DNA of 64,000 bases from Curvularia clavata. Taxonomy: Eukaryota. Each line of letters begins with the position of its first letter. Within the stretch, counting starts at the first letter, position 1. Below the pieces are notes generated by a model, which saw only the letters and a program-made list of their open reading frames with translations, made no database searches and had not been told where the DNA came from. Made by a program: the position numbers and the translations under genes. Below are positions 23,433 through 36,561 of the stretch, in pieces. Location: contig CP089281.1 in NCBI GenBank assembly GCA_023920165.1, positions 1 through 64,000 of the forward strand. The letters run 5' to 3'.

Positions 23433-23920
23433 TGTAGGAGACGAGCGACTAGAGGAAGTTTGAGAGAAGAAGTAGAAGAGGCGATAGCGGAAGGGATAGT
23501 GAGCATGCCATCACAATAAGTAGGCGCCGACCGATGAGCAAGCTGTAAGCGTAGTGCTATTCTTAGGTTTCACGGAGGCGCTGACGTATTTGCAGCCTTA
23601 TACCACCAGCAGGGTAGCATGATAAGGATAACAATACGGTGGAGTGAAGCCCCCCTTAGCTTAGGAAGTGGACATGGGTTGAGTTAAAGCGGTAATGTAA
23701 CAGAGGCTAAGCGAGGTGAAAACGCCTCCAAAAGCAGCGGCCAAAGACTTCCCAAAACGGATGCATTTCCACCGCCACATAGATATAGATAGATATATTA
23801 GTTTTAAGTCTAGTTAGTTACTAAAAGTTATATATCTCTAGTACTAGCGCCTCTAAAAATATTTGTTTAAGCTTATTAAAAACTCCTTATTATTTCTATT
23901 TCTATTTAAAATCTACTCTC

Positions 23921-24267
23921 TGTTGTAGATAAGCTACTCAGCTACTCTACGACAGAATCCGGGTGCTCAGTCACACCCGGATTCTACAATCTATAGTCGA
24001 TCTATCAAGACTATAATCGATCTATAGACATCTATCTATGACGCCAAAGATTACGCAAGCTACTACTAGATAGATTCTTCTAGAATCTACTCCAGCCAAT
24101 ATATATAGTAGTAGAATAGCTAGTAGATAGAAACCAGAGCAGTTTATACAAAGTCAATCGTGTCCATCAACTCTCTCCCCTAGCAATCTCTCGTCTATCT
24201 AGAGTCTCTCGATCAGGCTGTCTAAGTCTACTACTAGTAGTACTAGCAGCCACCCATTACTTCAACA
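23921..24267 (+). repeat. Solo copia-type LTR
   Basis: TGTTG...CAACA. The first about 208 bp recur inverted at 32728-32935, at the 3' end of a copia element. Confidence 0.82.
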
Positions 24268-24294
24268 AAGTTGAAACCCGGTCTGCTAGCTTAG

Positions 24295-25637
24295 CTTAAA
24301 AGTCTGTTCCCCCGAGCACGGGCCTACCTCACTATCCCAATTTCTTTAGACTAGTCTCTTCTTTAACACTATATAACTCTATCTAAATAAGATCTTTTTG
24401 TATAGAAATTTCGCGTAATTAAATGCTAGGTGGTAAATTATTAGATGCCTAAAGAATATATATTTTAGCCTAAGCGGAGGGTAGATGCAGTACGTCAGAA
24501 ATCGCGACGCGTCTGAACTGTACGCGCCGCGCAGTAAACAAGATTATCTATTAATAGGACACTAAAGGAATCTATACTAAGCACGATTGGATAGGCCGCC
24601 CACCTAAATTAACCTATAGAGACTATCGACAGCTACTCTAAGTTATAAAAAAAGATTCTAAGATCGAGTATAGCGCTCTATATCGCGAGGCAGACCTATG
24701 GGACTCTATCTCCGGCCGCTCCACCGTCTCTCATGCCACTATTTAACGAGTACTTGCTCGAATGGATTACCACAAGTTTAGAGCGAAGCGCAGGCCACTT
24801 ATTACCTAGATTGTAGCTAGAAAACGCCTACTTTTCGCTCGGCGTTGACGTTATTTTATGTGGGACAGTAATACTATTTTAAAGTTTTTAGACGAGTGTA
24901 GCATCGCCCGCGGTTCTGGCCACAACACCACTTGGGTATGGAGATTACCATCGCAGAAATGGTCTCACAAGATGATAGAGGCTGTCCCTACTGGTCAGCA
25001 GCCCGCTCGCATGGTGTGGGCTTCTATCTGGATCGGTCGTGGTGGTGTCCTAGGCAGGAGTCCTCTCGTGATCATGCAACGAGATGAGACACGACGACGA
25101 GCCGGATATACCGCATGGAGTTACTTGGAGGCACTCGAGGAAGGACTCCTGCCTCACTACAGACGCGGCTAGCTATTTATGGTGGATAACGCACCTATTT
25201 ATACTGCTTGTATCTCTAAGAGATAGTTGAAAGATCACCGCGTCAAGACGATCGACTGGCCCCCCTATTCTCCAGATCTCAACCCCATCGAACACCTCTG
25301 GTGGGCACTTAAAAAGAAACTCTATGAGCTTTACCCCGAGTTTAACTATATAGGCGACACTGCAGAGGAGTGGGAACAGTTTGAAAATGGGTTGCGAGAG
25401 GCCTAGTCTGCCATACCCGATTCTTTGATCGTCAAGCTGATTTCGAGTATGCCGCGCCGCCTCAACGCTGTGCGCAAGGCATCTGGGTACTAAACAAAAT
25501 ATTAAGATCAATAGCTTAATTTGATTATTTCAAAATTATTTTTAGACGTGGTTTGGTAGAGCTGCACGGGGTTGAAGTTGTGGGAAAAAGTGGTGATCGT
25601 GGCCCGTGCGCTCGGGGGAACAGACTTTTGAGACGTG
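24295..25637 (+). mobile_element. RIPed Tc1/mariner (DD34E) transposon
   Basis: TIRs AAAAGTCTGTTCCCCCGAG..CACGGGCC at both ends. Transposase about 24423-25503 with FLDEC, MVDNAP and WPPYSPDLNPIE, 34 residues between D and E. Confidence 0.9.
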
Positions 25638-26763
25638 ATTGTAAAAGAAAGCGAATTTAGAGAGAAGAGACTCTAATAGTTAAAGAAAGAGAGCGCTTAG
25701 CAGCTCTAGAAGAGTCTAGCGTGCGTGGTGATAGGAAGAAGGCAAAGAAGAGTGCGCGCCGAAGTGGGCGAGCCGTCGCAAAGGCACTGTAGACGCTGTG
25801 GCGAGGCTAGACATAAGATGCGTATGTACTGTAGGTGGTCAGTGCGCGCAACAGTTCAGTCAATGCAGCATCCCAACGAATATGCCTGCCCACCAAGAAT
25901 GAGGCTGTAGAGCACCACACAAGAGCTATTATCGCGAGATTTTTGGTGGAATATTCCGAATAGCTGCTTTGTGTGGGTGCGATCAAATCGATCTGTATTG
26001 TGTCTGCTATCTACCATCTTCATTTATGTGTAGTGTATAGCTAGTTATTGCTTTTTCTTGTTGAGGCAATGCATCCTTGCTGCCGTTACAGTGGCTTGTT
26101 GCTTCAGTTCAGCTGAAGTCATTGCTTCTGCAGCCCTGCCTCGGCTGCGACACGAGCTTGCTACACTGACGTTACGACTGAATGGCTTGCTAATATTCAC
26201 TATTCAGAAGCAGTCACCACTGCTCGCATCCCTATACAATAATTTGGGCACAGTCCCGTCTAAGATCCGAGTAAGATGCCCAACTGAGAGAGTATGCCCC
26301 TAGCTTTGCGCGGTTGCTTCTCAGCAGCTAGGCGGCCGACAGCCATTGCGCGTCTAATGCGATTATAGGGTTGTCAACGCGTTCTGCCGCAAATAATAAG
26401 TCCTACCACCAGCACCAGAAAATGACTATATCGGAGTACAGCTTCTGGCCTATCCCTTCTTACGTAACATTGCAGCTATTGTTCCCTTACCTGGGGGCCT
26501 TGTGGGAGGCGCGAAGCCCACTTTGGGAACTGTGGCATTTGGGTCAGAAAGAGTAGTAACTACTCCGTATCTCGAGCTCGACTCGGTGGGGATAACAACA
26601 CTGCACGGTGCAATCTCGGAAAGTTCTAGAGAAAATTGCATGACGCAACCTACCTAGCTACTTTCAGCAATAGTCTGAAAATTCTTATTTTGCTCTTCTT
26701 GTTTGAGTGCAAAGCCTTCTAAAGCCGCAACCAAAGCCACCTTGCGTGCAGACGATTGTTAAT

Positions 26764-28140
26764 ATGGCAGCGGCAGTAATCACAGCCGAGCGTGTCGAAC
26801 TCTCAAGTCTTCACGGCGAGTCTCAGATCCCTCCCACAACTTATACACCTGCGACTTCACGACCGATCAGCGCGGATCGGAGTTCCGAAGCCACTCGCTT
26901 CTCCACGACAGCGATTCCGGATGGCGGCTACGGGTGGATCGTTGTTGCCGCAGGCTTCGTCACTACGTTCTGCCAGAATGGAATTATCAACTGCTGGGGT
27001 GTACTGCAGGCAGCTCTGCTCGACTCAACCTTGAAACACGAGAAAGCGTCGACTCTGACCTTTGTTGGATCTCTCGGACTTGCTGGTGGACCTATGTACG
27101 GTCTACTTGTAATTCGCTTCATGCGGTGGTTTGGCGCCCGCATCACGGTCGTGCTTGGCGTCTTCCTCATGGGCATGGGCATGATAGCATCTGGCTTCTG
27201 CACTTCAAACACTGCAGGCCTCTTCGGAACGTTCGGCCTCGTTACTGGTGTCGGTATGGCGATGAATTACACTGTTTCCAACGCGCTGCCAGTGCAATAC
27301 TTCAGCTCCCGCTTAGGCCTAGCTAACGGAATCATCAAATTAGGAGGTGGGGTGGGAGGCTGCGTCATGGCCATTGCGCTCGAGGCTATGTACCAAAGAG
27401 TGGGTGTTGCATGGACATTCCGTTTCCAGGGCTTCTTAACATTGGCGATCGGGTTGCCGGCCGCGTGGATGATGAAAGACCGTACACCCCTCAAGCCCAC
27501 ACCCTTCTTCGACTCTAGCATGTTTCGCTCGATCCCTTTCGTGGCCACCTTTGTTGCTAGCGCAATCGGGGTCTTCGCGCTATACATCCCCCCATTCTAC
27601 CTACCTCTATTCGTTCAGTCAATTGGCTTAAGTTCAGCCACCAGTGCCGGGCTTGTTGCAGCTTTCAACGCCTGCAATGCCATTGGACGTTTCGTTGCTG
27701 GGCCGCTCTGCGACAAGATCGGATCTCTTAATATATTCGTCATAGTAATGGCTCTCAATGCTGTCAGTATGCTTGCTATCTGGTCAGTCTCGAATACGCT
27801 GGCTCCCCTCGTGATCTTCGCCATAGTGAATGGAGTCGCAAATGGAGCCTACTTCACAACGCAGCCCACTGTTGCGGCTGGCATCTTCGGGCCCGAGAGA
27901 GCCGCAGTTGCGATGAGCATGTCCATCACGGGCTGGACGCCTGGGTATCTGTTGGGCGCACCAATTGCAGGTTACCTTCTTCAAGCTGTAGGTGGTAGGA
28001 AGCAGAACGTGGGTATTGATCAGAGTATCGGAGTCTATCAGCCTGCTATCTTCTATGCTGGAGGCATGGCAACACTTTCAGCTATTGTTGTCATATTGGC
28101 AAGACTGGCCGTCGCGAAGAAGGTGCTCAAGCGCGTCTAA
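26764..28140 (+). CDS. MFS transporter, monocarboxylate porter (MCT/Mch-like) family
   Basis: PDGGYGW motif, about 12 hydrophobic segments, GRFVAGPLCDKIG loop; intact and intronless. Confidence 0.92.
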   Translation: MAAAVITAERVELSSLHGESQIPPTTYTPATSRPISADRSSEATRFSTTAIPDGGYGWIVVAAGFVTTFCQNGIINCWGVLQAALLDSTLKHEKASTLTFVGSLGLAGGPMYGLLVIRFMRWFGARITVVLGVFLMGMGMIASGFCTSNTAGLFGTFGLVTGVGMAMNYTVSNALPVQYFSSRLGLANGIIKLGGGVGGCVMAIALEAMYQRVGVAWTFRFQGFLTLAIGLPAAWMMKDRTPLKPTPFFDSSMFRSIPFVATFVASAIGVFALYIPPFYLPLFVQSIGLSSATSAGLVAAFNACNAIGRFVAGPLCDKIGSLNIFVIVMALNAVSMLAIWSVSNTLAPLVIFAIVNGVANGAYFTTQPTVAAGIFGPERAAVAMSMSITGWTPGYLLGAPIAGYLLQAVGGRKQNVGIDQSIGVYQPAIFYAGGMATLSAIVVILARLAVAKKVLKRV

Positions 28141-28950
28141 ACCGACGCGTTCAGATATCTGTGCAATCAGATCTCCATGCCAGTGCTAATGCACTGTCTA
28201 AAGTCGTTAGCATGAGCACCGCTGTTGGACGCAGGTTCAGCATTGCGGCGTCTATATATGCGTATATGAACGGTTTTAAGAAACCAGAAGCGGGAGATGT
28301 CGGGAAAGATTGCGGAGAGCATTGCTGTATTTGCTACATGATTGAATGTCAGATTAACACACAGCGCTAGCACATGAATGGATCTGCTAACTTGCAGCAA
28401 GCTTGTCTCAATAGCTTTTTATGGTTTGCGTGAAGAAGCTTTCTACTGCCTTACTACATCGCGTGGGATGAAATGCTGCAAGTCTCCTTCGCGTTGTATA
28501 CTAGATTTGATCTTTCTCGGCAAATATATGGCACTCTTGTAGAGATTACAATGCTCAGGCACCACACCGGGTAGTTACCGGATCAGACAAGGATTAGATG
28601 TTACTTTCTAATTTTTACGCTGCGACTTCTGCAGACTAAGCAACGAGCCGAGCGAGACGATGGATTCGTTTTGCACAGTGAGCTTGCAGGAAGCGTCCTT
28701 GCCAGTACTGTGATGAGAGGAGACTCGAGCCTCGGAAACTCAATCATAGCGGTCGGTGTTGGGCTACCGGTAATCTTTTGAGCTTGGCGCATTGTGGCCC
28801 AACTTTGCAGCACTAATTGCTACCTTTCAACCTAAATGATTGCAACTTGGAGAACCGCATTTGCATTGCAGAGCTCGTCTCTATATACGTGCCTCTTAGG
28901 CACAATTTTTCCCTCTTAATTTGGTCTAACCCTAGCCTTATATTTACTCT

Positions 28951-29958
28951 TCATGCCTTCGCTATGTCTGAAATCGTCTTTTCAAACCTTTCAGGCTCCC
29001 TACCAATTAATCTGCGCAGATTTTCAGTGACTACAGCTCCCTCTCCGTGCCTCAAAGCATCATACGACGTTGCCCAGTGCTTTGCCATCTCTCCTGCAAG
29101 GTACTTCGAAGCTCCTTTAACCGATTCTGCAGATGCCCATTCATCGACACTACACTGCCGGACCTTAATCTCTTTTCCAACCACGCGACTAATGGCGGCT
29201 ACGCTCTCCTCGATCGACAATTCTTCTGGACCAGACAAGAGAAGCGTCTTGTTTATGTATGGAAATGCTGTGGGATCACTTGCGTACTCTGCAAGCAGGT
29301 GAGCAGTGCCTTCACCAAGTTCATCACGCTTGACCCATGATATCCCAGGGCCTTTGCCATCGTGGGGTATTTTGAGTTCGCTTGGGGGATTTTTGAGATC
29401 GGGGAAGCCCAAGTACATGCCGTAAGACTCCGTGTACAGACCCTGTCGCACAACGGTGTAAGAGAACGAAGGTATCTCGATCGCGAGTCTGGCAAGGTAT
29501 TTCTCAGTGTCGAGATGCGCTTGCATTACGAAAGCGAGAGAGTCCGTAGTCGTGTTTGTGCCTGCAAAGCCCAAGGAAGAGTAGAAAACGTGAGTGATGC
29601 CGCACTTGACTGCTGCGTCAATCGCGTACTTCTGAACCTGTTAAGTTGTCAGATGTCGTACGTATACAGACAGAAGGTTTACATCACCTACTTGAAATCG
29701 GTGTTCATGCTCGATACTAGCGTAGGAGATGAGGTTAAGACATCGAGCGCCTTCAAAAGCATGGTCGAGTGTCTCGAGCCTATCGTAGTCGCCATATCTG
29801 ACGATGACCCCTGCGTCTTTGTAGCTGCTTGGAATGTTGGCAGGGTTTCTTGCCACGAGAATAACGCTTTTTGGGTCTGTTAGATTAAGGAGATGGCGGT
29901 ATGTGCTCCCACCAATGCCACCCGAAGCGGGGAAGATAGCGATAGAATTTCCGTTCAT
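28951..29958 (-). CDS. NmrA-like NAD(P)-binding atypical SDR protein, 2 exons
   Basis: IFPASGGIG, VRYGDYD, HVFYSSL, HLDTEKYL, VRQGLY. Intron 29691-29638 joins the two ORFs in frame. Confidence 0.88.
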
Positions 29959-30081
29959 GGTGTTTGATGACAAGAATTTCTATGCAGATTTCATGTTGGT
30001 ATTATAGTTATTGAACTCTTCATAGAAGCTCTTGATGACTTGGCTAATCTTCTGGGTAATGAACGGGGGCGTGATGCCAAT

Positions 30082-30158
30082 TATTGCTGAGTAATGCTGC
30101 TGAATAATATTGCTGAGTAATGCTGCTGAATAATACTGCTGAGTAATGTTGTTGAGTA
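30082..30158. repeat. Tandem repeat, about 26 bp x 3
   Basis: TATTGCTGAGTAATGCTGCTGAATAA repeated with variants. Confidence 0.7.
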
Positions 30159-31447
30159 ACGTGCGCCACCAGTAAGCGGCCCACCCCAGTAAGTGGCCCA
30201 CCCGACCAAACTTGACCTGACGTTCTGCGCAATTGAGCCACAACAACGTAATAAAATAAGATAAAACTTAAAAAATATAATTTATTATCTAGCTCTACAC
30301 TAAGTTCTTGTACGACCTTAAACGTGGCACTTTGTGTATGTTGGTGGCGCGCGCTGACGTCGCTGACTGCTCTCACCTTGTTCAGTCTCTATAACCACCC
30401 TTTCTACCTCTATAGCAAGCTGCTAAGCCCATCGCACCTAGAAAGCTCCACTAGAAGTGATATATTGACGGGGCTGATTCTGCTTTTATCGCTAGCGCTA
30501 ATTTTCTTTACGTAGCTTTTTGTTCTCTTCTGCGAGTATTACTACTAATTGTATTATAAGCTAAGCGCTTTTAGCAAGCTGGCGGATAGTAAAGCTTGTT
30601 GGACTCTCTAGCTGCCGCCGCAGTCGCTCTTGGAGATAGCGTACCTGCTGCTAAAGCCGCTCTACTGTATGTGGTGTCTCTGTCTACGCAGCTACCTACG
30701 CTGTAACGTTATTATCTACAGTTATCTGTGGTGGAGACGGCGTCTAGACGATAGTTAGCGACGACAGAATACGATCTAGATAAGAAAAGATAAGATCTAT
30801 TATCTGAAAGTCTAATTAGATATTCTACTACGTAAATATAGTTAGCCGGATCCGTATATAGGCTGTAAGGAAGTCTATCTTATCAATATGGTAGACGCTT
30901 TAGTAGGCGAGCTCCTTAATTTGACGTCTGTACGCGCGTTTAAGAGGAGAGTAGCAGCTTACGTCTAGAGGCTAGAGAAGATGGGAGGCATATAGCGGCA
31001 TATAGAGAGTGATAATCTTGTTCTCTGTATAATACTAGTTGAACTCTGGTATGGCGTGGCTACTATGGCCGTCTACAATAAGAAGTCGATAGACTCTAGC
31101 TGTCTGAGCCGCTGTATGCTGATTGAAATGCTTCACCTACTCTAAGCCTAGCTCGTCTGTCGTCCAGCTGTTGTCTGACACGCCGATAGTCTAGTCGAGT
31201 GGGAGGTCGCGGTACCAGCTGCTCTGATGGACTTTACTAGACAAGATTATAAACGGTAGTAGAGACTAGCTAGATGCGCTAACACACTCAATTACTGTTA
31301 CCCACTCGCGATTACCTGGCTGTATAACGACTACGCGGCCGACTCTATTAGAGCTAGTTACGACTTTTAACGTTGTAGCGACGTCTATAGCGAATCCAGT
31401 CTCATTAAAGTTGTAGATATTCTGGTTAAGAACGCCGTACGTCTGGC
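30159..31447 (-). mobile_element. RIPed pogo/Fot1 transposon, 3' part
   Basis: IYNFNETG, PGNREWVT, LLIVDGHSSH, SHLL*PLDV. Terminus TA|ACGTGCGCC.. with repeated CAGTAAG(C/T)GGCCCACCC. Cut at 31447 by an LTR. Confidence 0.88.
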
Positions 31448-32728
31448 TGTTACACGGGGTCCTACTTGTCAGTGGGAATATACTTACCTAGCCTAGATTC
31501 CGGGTTAGGGCGAGACCAGTTTCTACGAAGTATACCGTAAGATAGTTATCTAGCGATTTAGTAGTAGAGAGTAATAAAGATAGATAAAACTAATTCTATT
31601 AGAGAATAGAATAACTAAGTATCAATCTATATATAAAACAACTTATAAAAGAATACTTAATAAGTTAACTATAACGAGTATAATAATAAAATCTAATATA
31701 TTTTTATATCTATTACTTCTAGTCTTATTCTTACTATTTTTATAGAATAATCTCTATATTCTCTAAAATCTCTAAAGTCACTTTAGTCACGTATAGACTG
31801 GTAAACGGGTATTGACCCACTTTTCTTCTTTCATCAATATCTCATCAAAGACTAGTCCAAATCGAGTAATTCTGACGTCATTTTAATGCCCTAAGCTAGC
31901 GCATTCTATCATGTAATATAAAGCTAAGCCGTATCTAGCTTAGTTTAAAAGTTATTTAATAGCCCGTTTGTGAGCCCTAGGGCTGGGTTATGAGTCGGGT
32001 ATACCCCTATTTTTACTCCTTTTTTAGCTCTAGCACTAGTACTATTAGTGTTAAGCTAAAACAATATATTAGTAATATTTAGACTAGAGTGCTAGCTCTC
32101 TAATGACGTCAGAATTACTTGATTTGGACTAGTGTTGGCCAAGATAATCGATAGCCCTAGCTAAATACCCGATTTACCAGTCTAGTCACGTATAAGCGTA
32201 TCCTCATATACTAGCGTGGTTTCCTGGTCTTAGCCTAAGGCCAGTCACGTAATCGCCCTTCTGCGGGGATTATTACCTTCTAATGTATTATCTAATAGTC
32301 TTCTACCTACAGCTATCGTTAAGAAGAGATCTTTTTTTATTACTTATAACTATAGCCTTTTTGTTTCTAAAAAAGAGTAGGAGAAGATTAAAACTAAAAA
32401 GCAGCAAAAGCGTCTTAAGATTACTCGTGCTGAGGAGCGCCAGCTTTAGACTGCGATTGTAACCATGCATAGACCAAAACATACCCCAGCCAGGACAGCT
32501 GACCAAGATCCGATTGAGGGCCGGGTCAGATCCGATGAAGACCCGCCCCCAGGTATAAGTACCAGCTACCTTCCATAGATGTTCGGTAGATTTTTGATAT
32601 CCTTTCGTACCAGGCCTATGAGTGTCTACCGAATCCAAGGTGTTTCTGCTGTCCCACGCACTTCCATATGCATTTGAGTGACACTTCCCACCGGAACCGA
32701 TTCGACTAGTCTTGCTCGCGCCGTTACA
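31448..32728 (-). repeat. Probable solo LTR (TGTAAC...GTAACA on the minus strand) containing a MITE
   Basis: TG...CA termini coincide with the breakpoints of the pogo element (left) and the copia LTR (right); non-coding and RIPed. Confidence 0.55.
31794..32184. mobile_element. hAT-family MITE (391 bp)
   Basis: TIRs TAGACTGGTAAA/TTTACCAGTCTA shared with the 33090-39470 element; 8-bp TSD GTCACGTA (31786-31793, 32185-32192). Confidence 0.9.
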
Positions 32729-35067
32729 TCTACTAGCTATTCTACTACTATATATATTGGCTGGAGTAGATTCTAGAAGAATCTATCTAGTAGTAGCTTG
32801 CGTAATCTTTGGCGTCATAGACAGATGTCTATAGATCGATTATAGTCTTGATAGATCGACTATAGATTGTAGAATCCGGGTGTGACTAAGCACCCAGATT
32901 CTATCGTAGAGTAGCTGAGTAGCTTATCTACAACATAGTTAAGTTAGAAATCGCTGCTACTAGTTTACTAGGAGAGCTTTGGTGAGTCCATCTGCTATCA
33001 TTTCTGACGATTGGGTGTACGTGACTTTGATCTATCCGCTGGCGACTTCTTGTCTTAGCTAGTGGTTGTGGATATCTACGTGTTATAGCTAGACTGGTAA
33101 ATGGGCTGGGGCAGGGCTGGGGCAGGGCTGCTAAGAGTTGGGTAGGGGTAGGGCTGGGTCAGATGACTAAGCAACCCAGCCCTGCCCCTACCCAACTCTT
33201 GGCTAACCCAGCCCTACCCCAGCCCGCTTATTAGGCAACCCAGCCCTGCCCCTACCCAACTCTTGGCATTTAAGTTGGGTAGGGGCAGGGCTGGGTTAGT
33301 CAAGAGTTGGGTAGGGGCAGGGCTGGGTTGCTTAATAAGCGGGCTGGGGTAGGGCTGGGTTGCTTAGTACTAGGTTATGCTGGGTCTTAGTTATTAGATA
33401 TATATATACTCTGTATATATTAAAGACTTATTACACATAATTATTATAGTAGTAAATTAAAAATTAAGAACTTATAAAACTTTTATTTAACTTCTAGTAT
33501 ATAGCTAGTTCTTAATTATAGCTATCTCTTAATTATAAAAGCTATTAGTACTTAATACTCTATTATGAAAGCCCTCAGTACTTAATACCACCTATGCCAA
33601 GCCTATTAAGATAGTGCTTAACAAGATCCCCATCCTTCTTCTAAATAGTAACTCTCTTAGTATAGATAGCGTTTATATTATAGTCTAGATCCGTTAGCAG
33701 CTGTGATTAATATCTATAATAATATAACATATCTTTAAGAAATCTAACTAAGAAATACTCAGCAGTCTCTTAAAGACCTTCTAACGCCTCCTTCTAAATA
33801 CGTAGAGGGTGTTGCGGATATATATCTCCTATAATCTTTCTAATAAGTTTTATAAATCGAGTTCTTAGAATAAGTAGATTAGTAGACTTCTAGAATCTTT
33901 TAATCTCTTTTAGTATAATAGCTAGTAATTATTAGTCGCTTGCTATAATAAATAACTGTAATAAACTTACTACTAGGCTTAAACCTGCGCCTCTTAGAGG
34001 CGCTAGACGTAGATGGTTGAGCACCGGGCGGTGCAGGAGGGCTGGACTCGTCTTCCTTGCTGCTTTCCGACTCTTAATTCTTATTGTTGGGCTTAGGCGT
34101 GGGCGGCCTATAATTGACTGGCTGCTTACGAGCGGTTTTGCCACCTATACTATGGAATATAGTGCCAGTCCTACTATTAGTTAGCTATTACTTGTAATAA
34201 ATTACCGTGATAAACGTACGCAAAAGATACAAGATAGCCACTAGTCGAGATATGGGGTGGGGAGGGATAATTATAAGTAGTAGTCCTAGTATTTATTAGC
34301 CATTTCCTGTGATAAATTACTGTAATAAACTTATAGATTTAGTTGGCCACTTTTGGTAGAAAAAGTAGAATTACTAGTTATCTAAGCTCCCAAAACCTTA
34401 AATTTGTCTTTAAGAGCTTCTAATTCGCGAGGTGATAGTAGCTGAGACACCTGTCTTTTAGGCGATGGGAGCACATTTAACCGTTCTGCCATCTCCTCAA
34501 ACGACTTATCGTCTGGCCCCCCCACCTCGTCTACTGCTAATATAGTACGTAATAAATCTCTATAATAACTAGTAGGGTTGAGTTAAGAAATTTAGCGTTA
34601 GGCTGGGAAAGTTAGATTTGGATTGAGAGGATTGGTGGATAAATACTTAGCTATAGAATAGTTGAGAATTTTAGGGATATATAAGTAGATAAAGGTGAAG
34701 GTGAAAGTGAGTGCACGGATCACCTAGGGTCTTGCTAAGGGTCTGCGAGATAGTTAGCAAGAAATCGCCATAACTTAATAAAGTAGTAATTAAATACTAT
34801 AATAACTGGCTCGTTAGATAGAGCTACTCTAGGGCTTTTAAATGAGACTAAAATTAAAGCGCTCTAACTTTTATTATCTAAGATATTGGCTGTATAAAAG
34901 ATATTGTTCGCTAGCCTAACGCTAGCGCGAAATCCAGAGCGCACGGACCCCTAATTACCTTAATAGGTAGACTATTACCAAACTTCCTACTCTCTCTTAG
35001 TAACCATCTCTCTCCTCCCTACCCCTATCATACTAGACGTTATATTAGTACTTTATCACAGTCAATA

Positions 35068-36263
35068 ATGCCGCGCACGCTAGAAATTAAGCGCGAGTCT
35101 ACGACAGAGGCTGATGGCGACGTACCTAAAGATCTAGCACCTCTACGCGTTGTCTAAATACCTAAGGACTTTACTAAGTAGGAGTAGGTAGATTTTACTA
35201 AAGTAATAATTCTAGTCTATTATCACAGTAAATACTAACGTTAGTAGGGCTTTGAAAATAAGTAAGACGAGATTAATTTTATTATTGTGTAATGTAGATC
35301 TAGAGGTTCCTAAAAGAGTTGTCTAACTAGTCTACAAGTCCAATATTAAGGTCAGCTTAGTAATATAGCTCGAGCTATTACACAGAGAGATCTCGCCGCG
35401 TCACGTACTGAGGAAGAAGCCGCTCTCCAACGCGCTAAAGATGCTGACCGCGCTGCTCAGGCGAAATTTCTTAAGTTACTTAAAGAGAAAGAATGGTATA
35501 AGACCGCTGAAGAGGATAAGAAGGATAGGATTATAAAGAGCCATTTTAAAAAGCATAAATCTAAGCGCTTTAAAGAAAAGCGAAATAGTAAGTTATTACA
35601 GTCTTTTATCATAGACATCTACTAACAGTTATTAGCTAATTGGATGGCGTTTGCTCTCTAAGCTGTGCACGCGAAATGGTCCAAGATCTAGAATAAGATC
35701 GACAAAAGACGGTATTAGCTTATTCTCTAGACTACCTCTAGCGACGCCCCATCTAATACCTCTACTAAGGGGTTACGCGTTTCTGCTCGTCTCTATAGTT
35801 GAAAGGGGGTTATTAACTTACTTATACGCAAAGAATATCTTTAAGAATTGGCTAAGCTAAATAACAACGCCTTTAAGAGCGAGCAAGCACGAGATAAGTG
35901 GCTTAAGTTTTGCGAGAACCTTTCTCCTAAGGAAAAAGAACTTGCTATAGATAGTTTCTAGTAGTAAGTTTATTATAGTTTATTATTATATTTAAGAACT
36001 AACTAGTATAGACAAGAAGAGCCTACTTCTATTCTTGACTAGTTTAATCTAGATACGCATCTTAAGGATAATAAGCTATATATTGAGGGCTATAGTAGTG
36101 ACGAGTGTGAAGAAGAGGTTGATAATAAAGATGAGATTATGGACGAGGATGAGGATGGCTATAGTAGTAATAATAGCTTTTTGGCTCTAGAGGGGGCTAA
36201 TAGTGCTAAGATAGAGGAGGCTGAGGATCAAGACGAAAAGGCTAAAGAAGAGAAGTCTAAGTA
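35068..36263 (+). pseudogene. Accessory intron-containing gene in the hAT element with acidic C-terminus, function unknown
   Basis: ATG at 35068, coding-like charged segments separated by GTAAGT..CTAAC..AG introns, D/E-rich tract at about 36090-36250, RIP stops. Confidence 0.5.
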
Positions 36264-36561
36264 GTGCTAGCTATCCAAGCATATCTCTGACAATGCTCTA
36301 GTAGTTAGAGTTTAGAGTATTATACCAGGGTTTATTCTAGCTAATAATTATAGTATAACCTCTGTGTTAATCTAAACTTTCTCTTATATAAAATCTACTT
36401 TAGATATATATTAAATAACACTAGTATTTTAGACAATCTTAGCTATGCTAGAAGCTAGAGGACTTAGAACTTCCTACTATATCTAGTTTTCTATAGATAA
36501 TATTTATCTATCTAGTAACTTTAATTTATTATAGTTATTTATCACAGGTACAATCTTCACG

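Noticed and set aside
25640..25830. CRRCGEARH zinc-knuckle ORF
   Set aside because: Most likely the C-terminal tip of a pogo-type transposase cut by the Tc1 insertion, not a separate gene.
26792..27984. Several overlapping alternative-frame ORFs in the MFS gene (also in pol, GH115 and bHLH)
   Set aside because: Shadow ORFs of GC-balanced coding sequence without motifs or splice support.
33105..33365. GC-rich repeats resembling a CRISPR-like or independent structured array
   Set aside because: No unique spacers; they are direct and inverted subterminal repeats of the hAT element, mirrored at 39270-39460.
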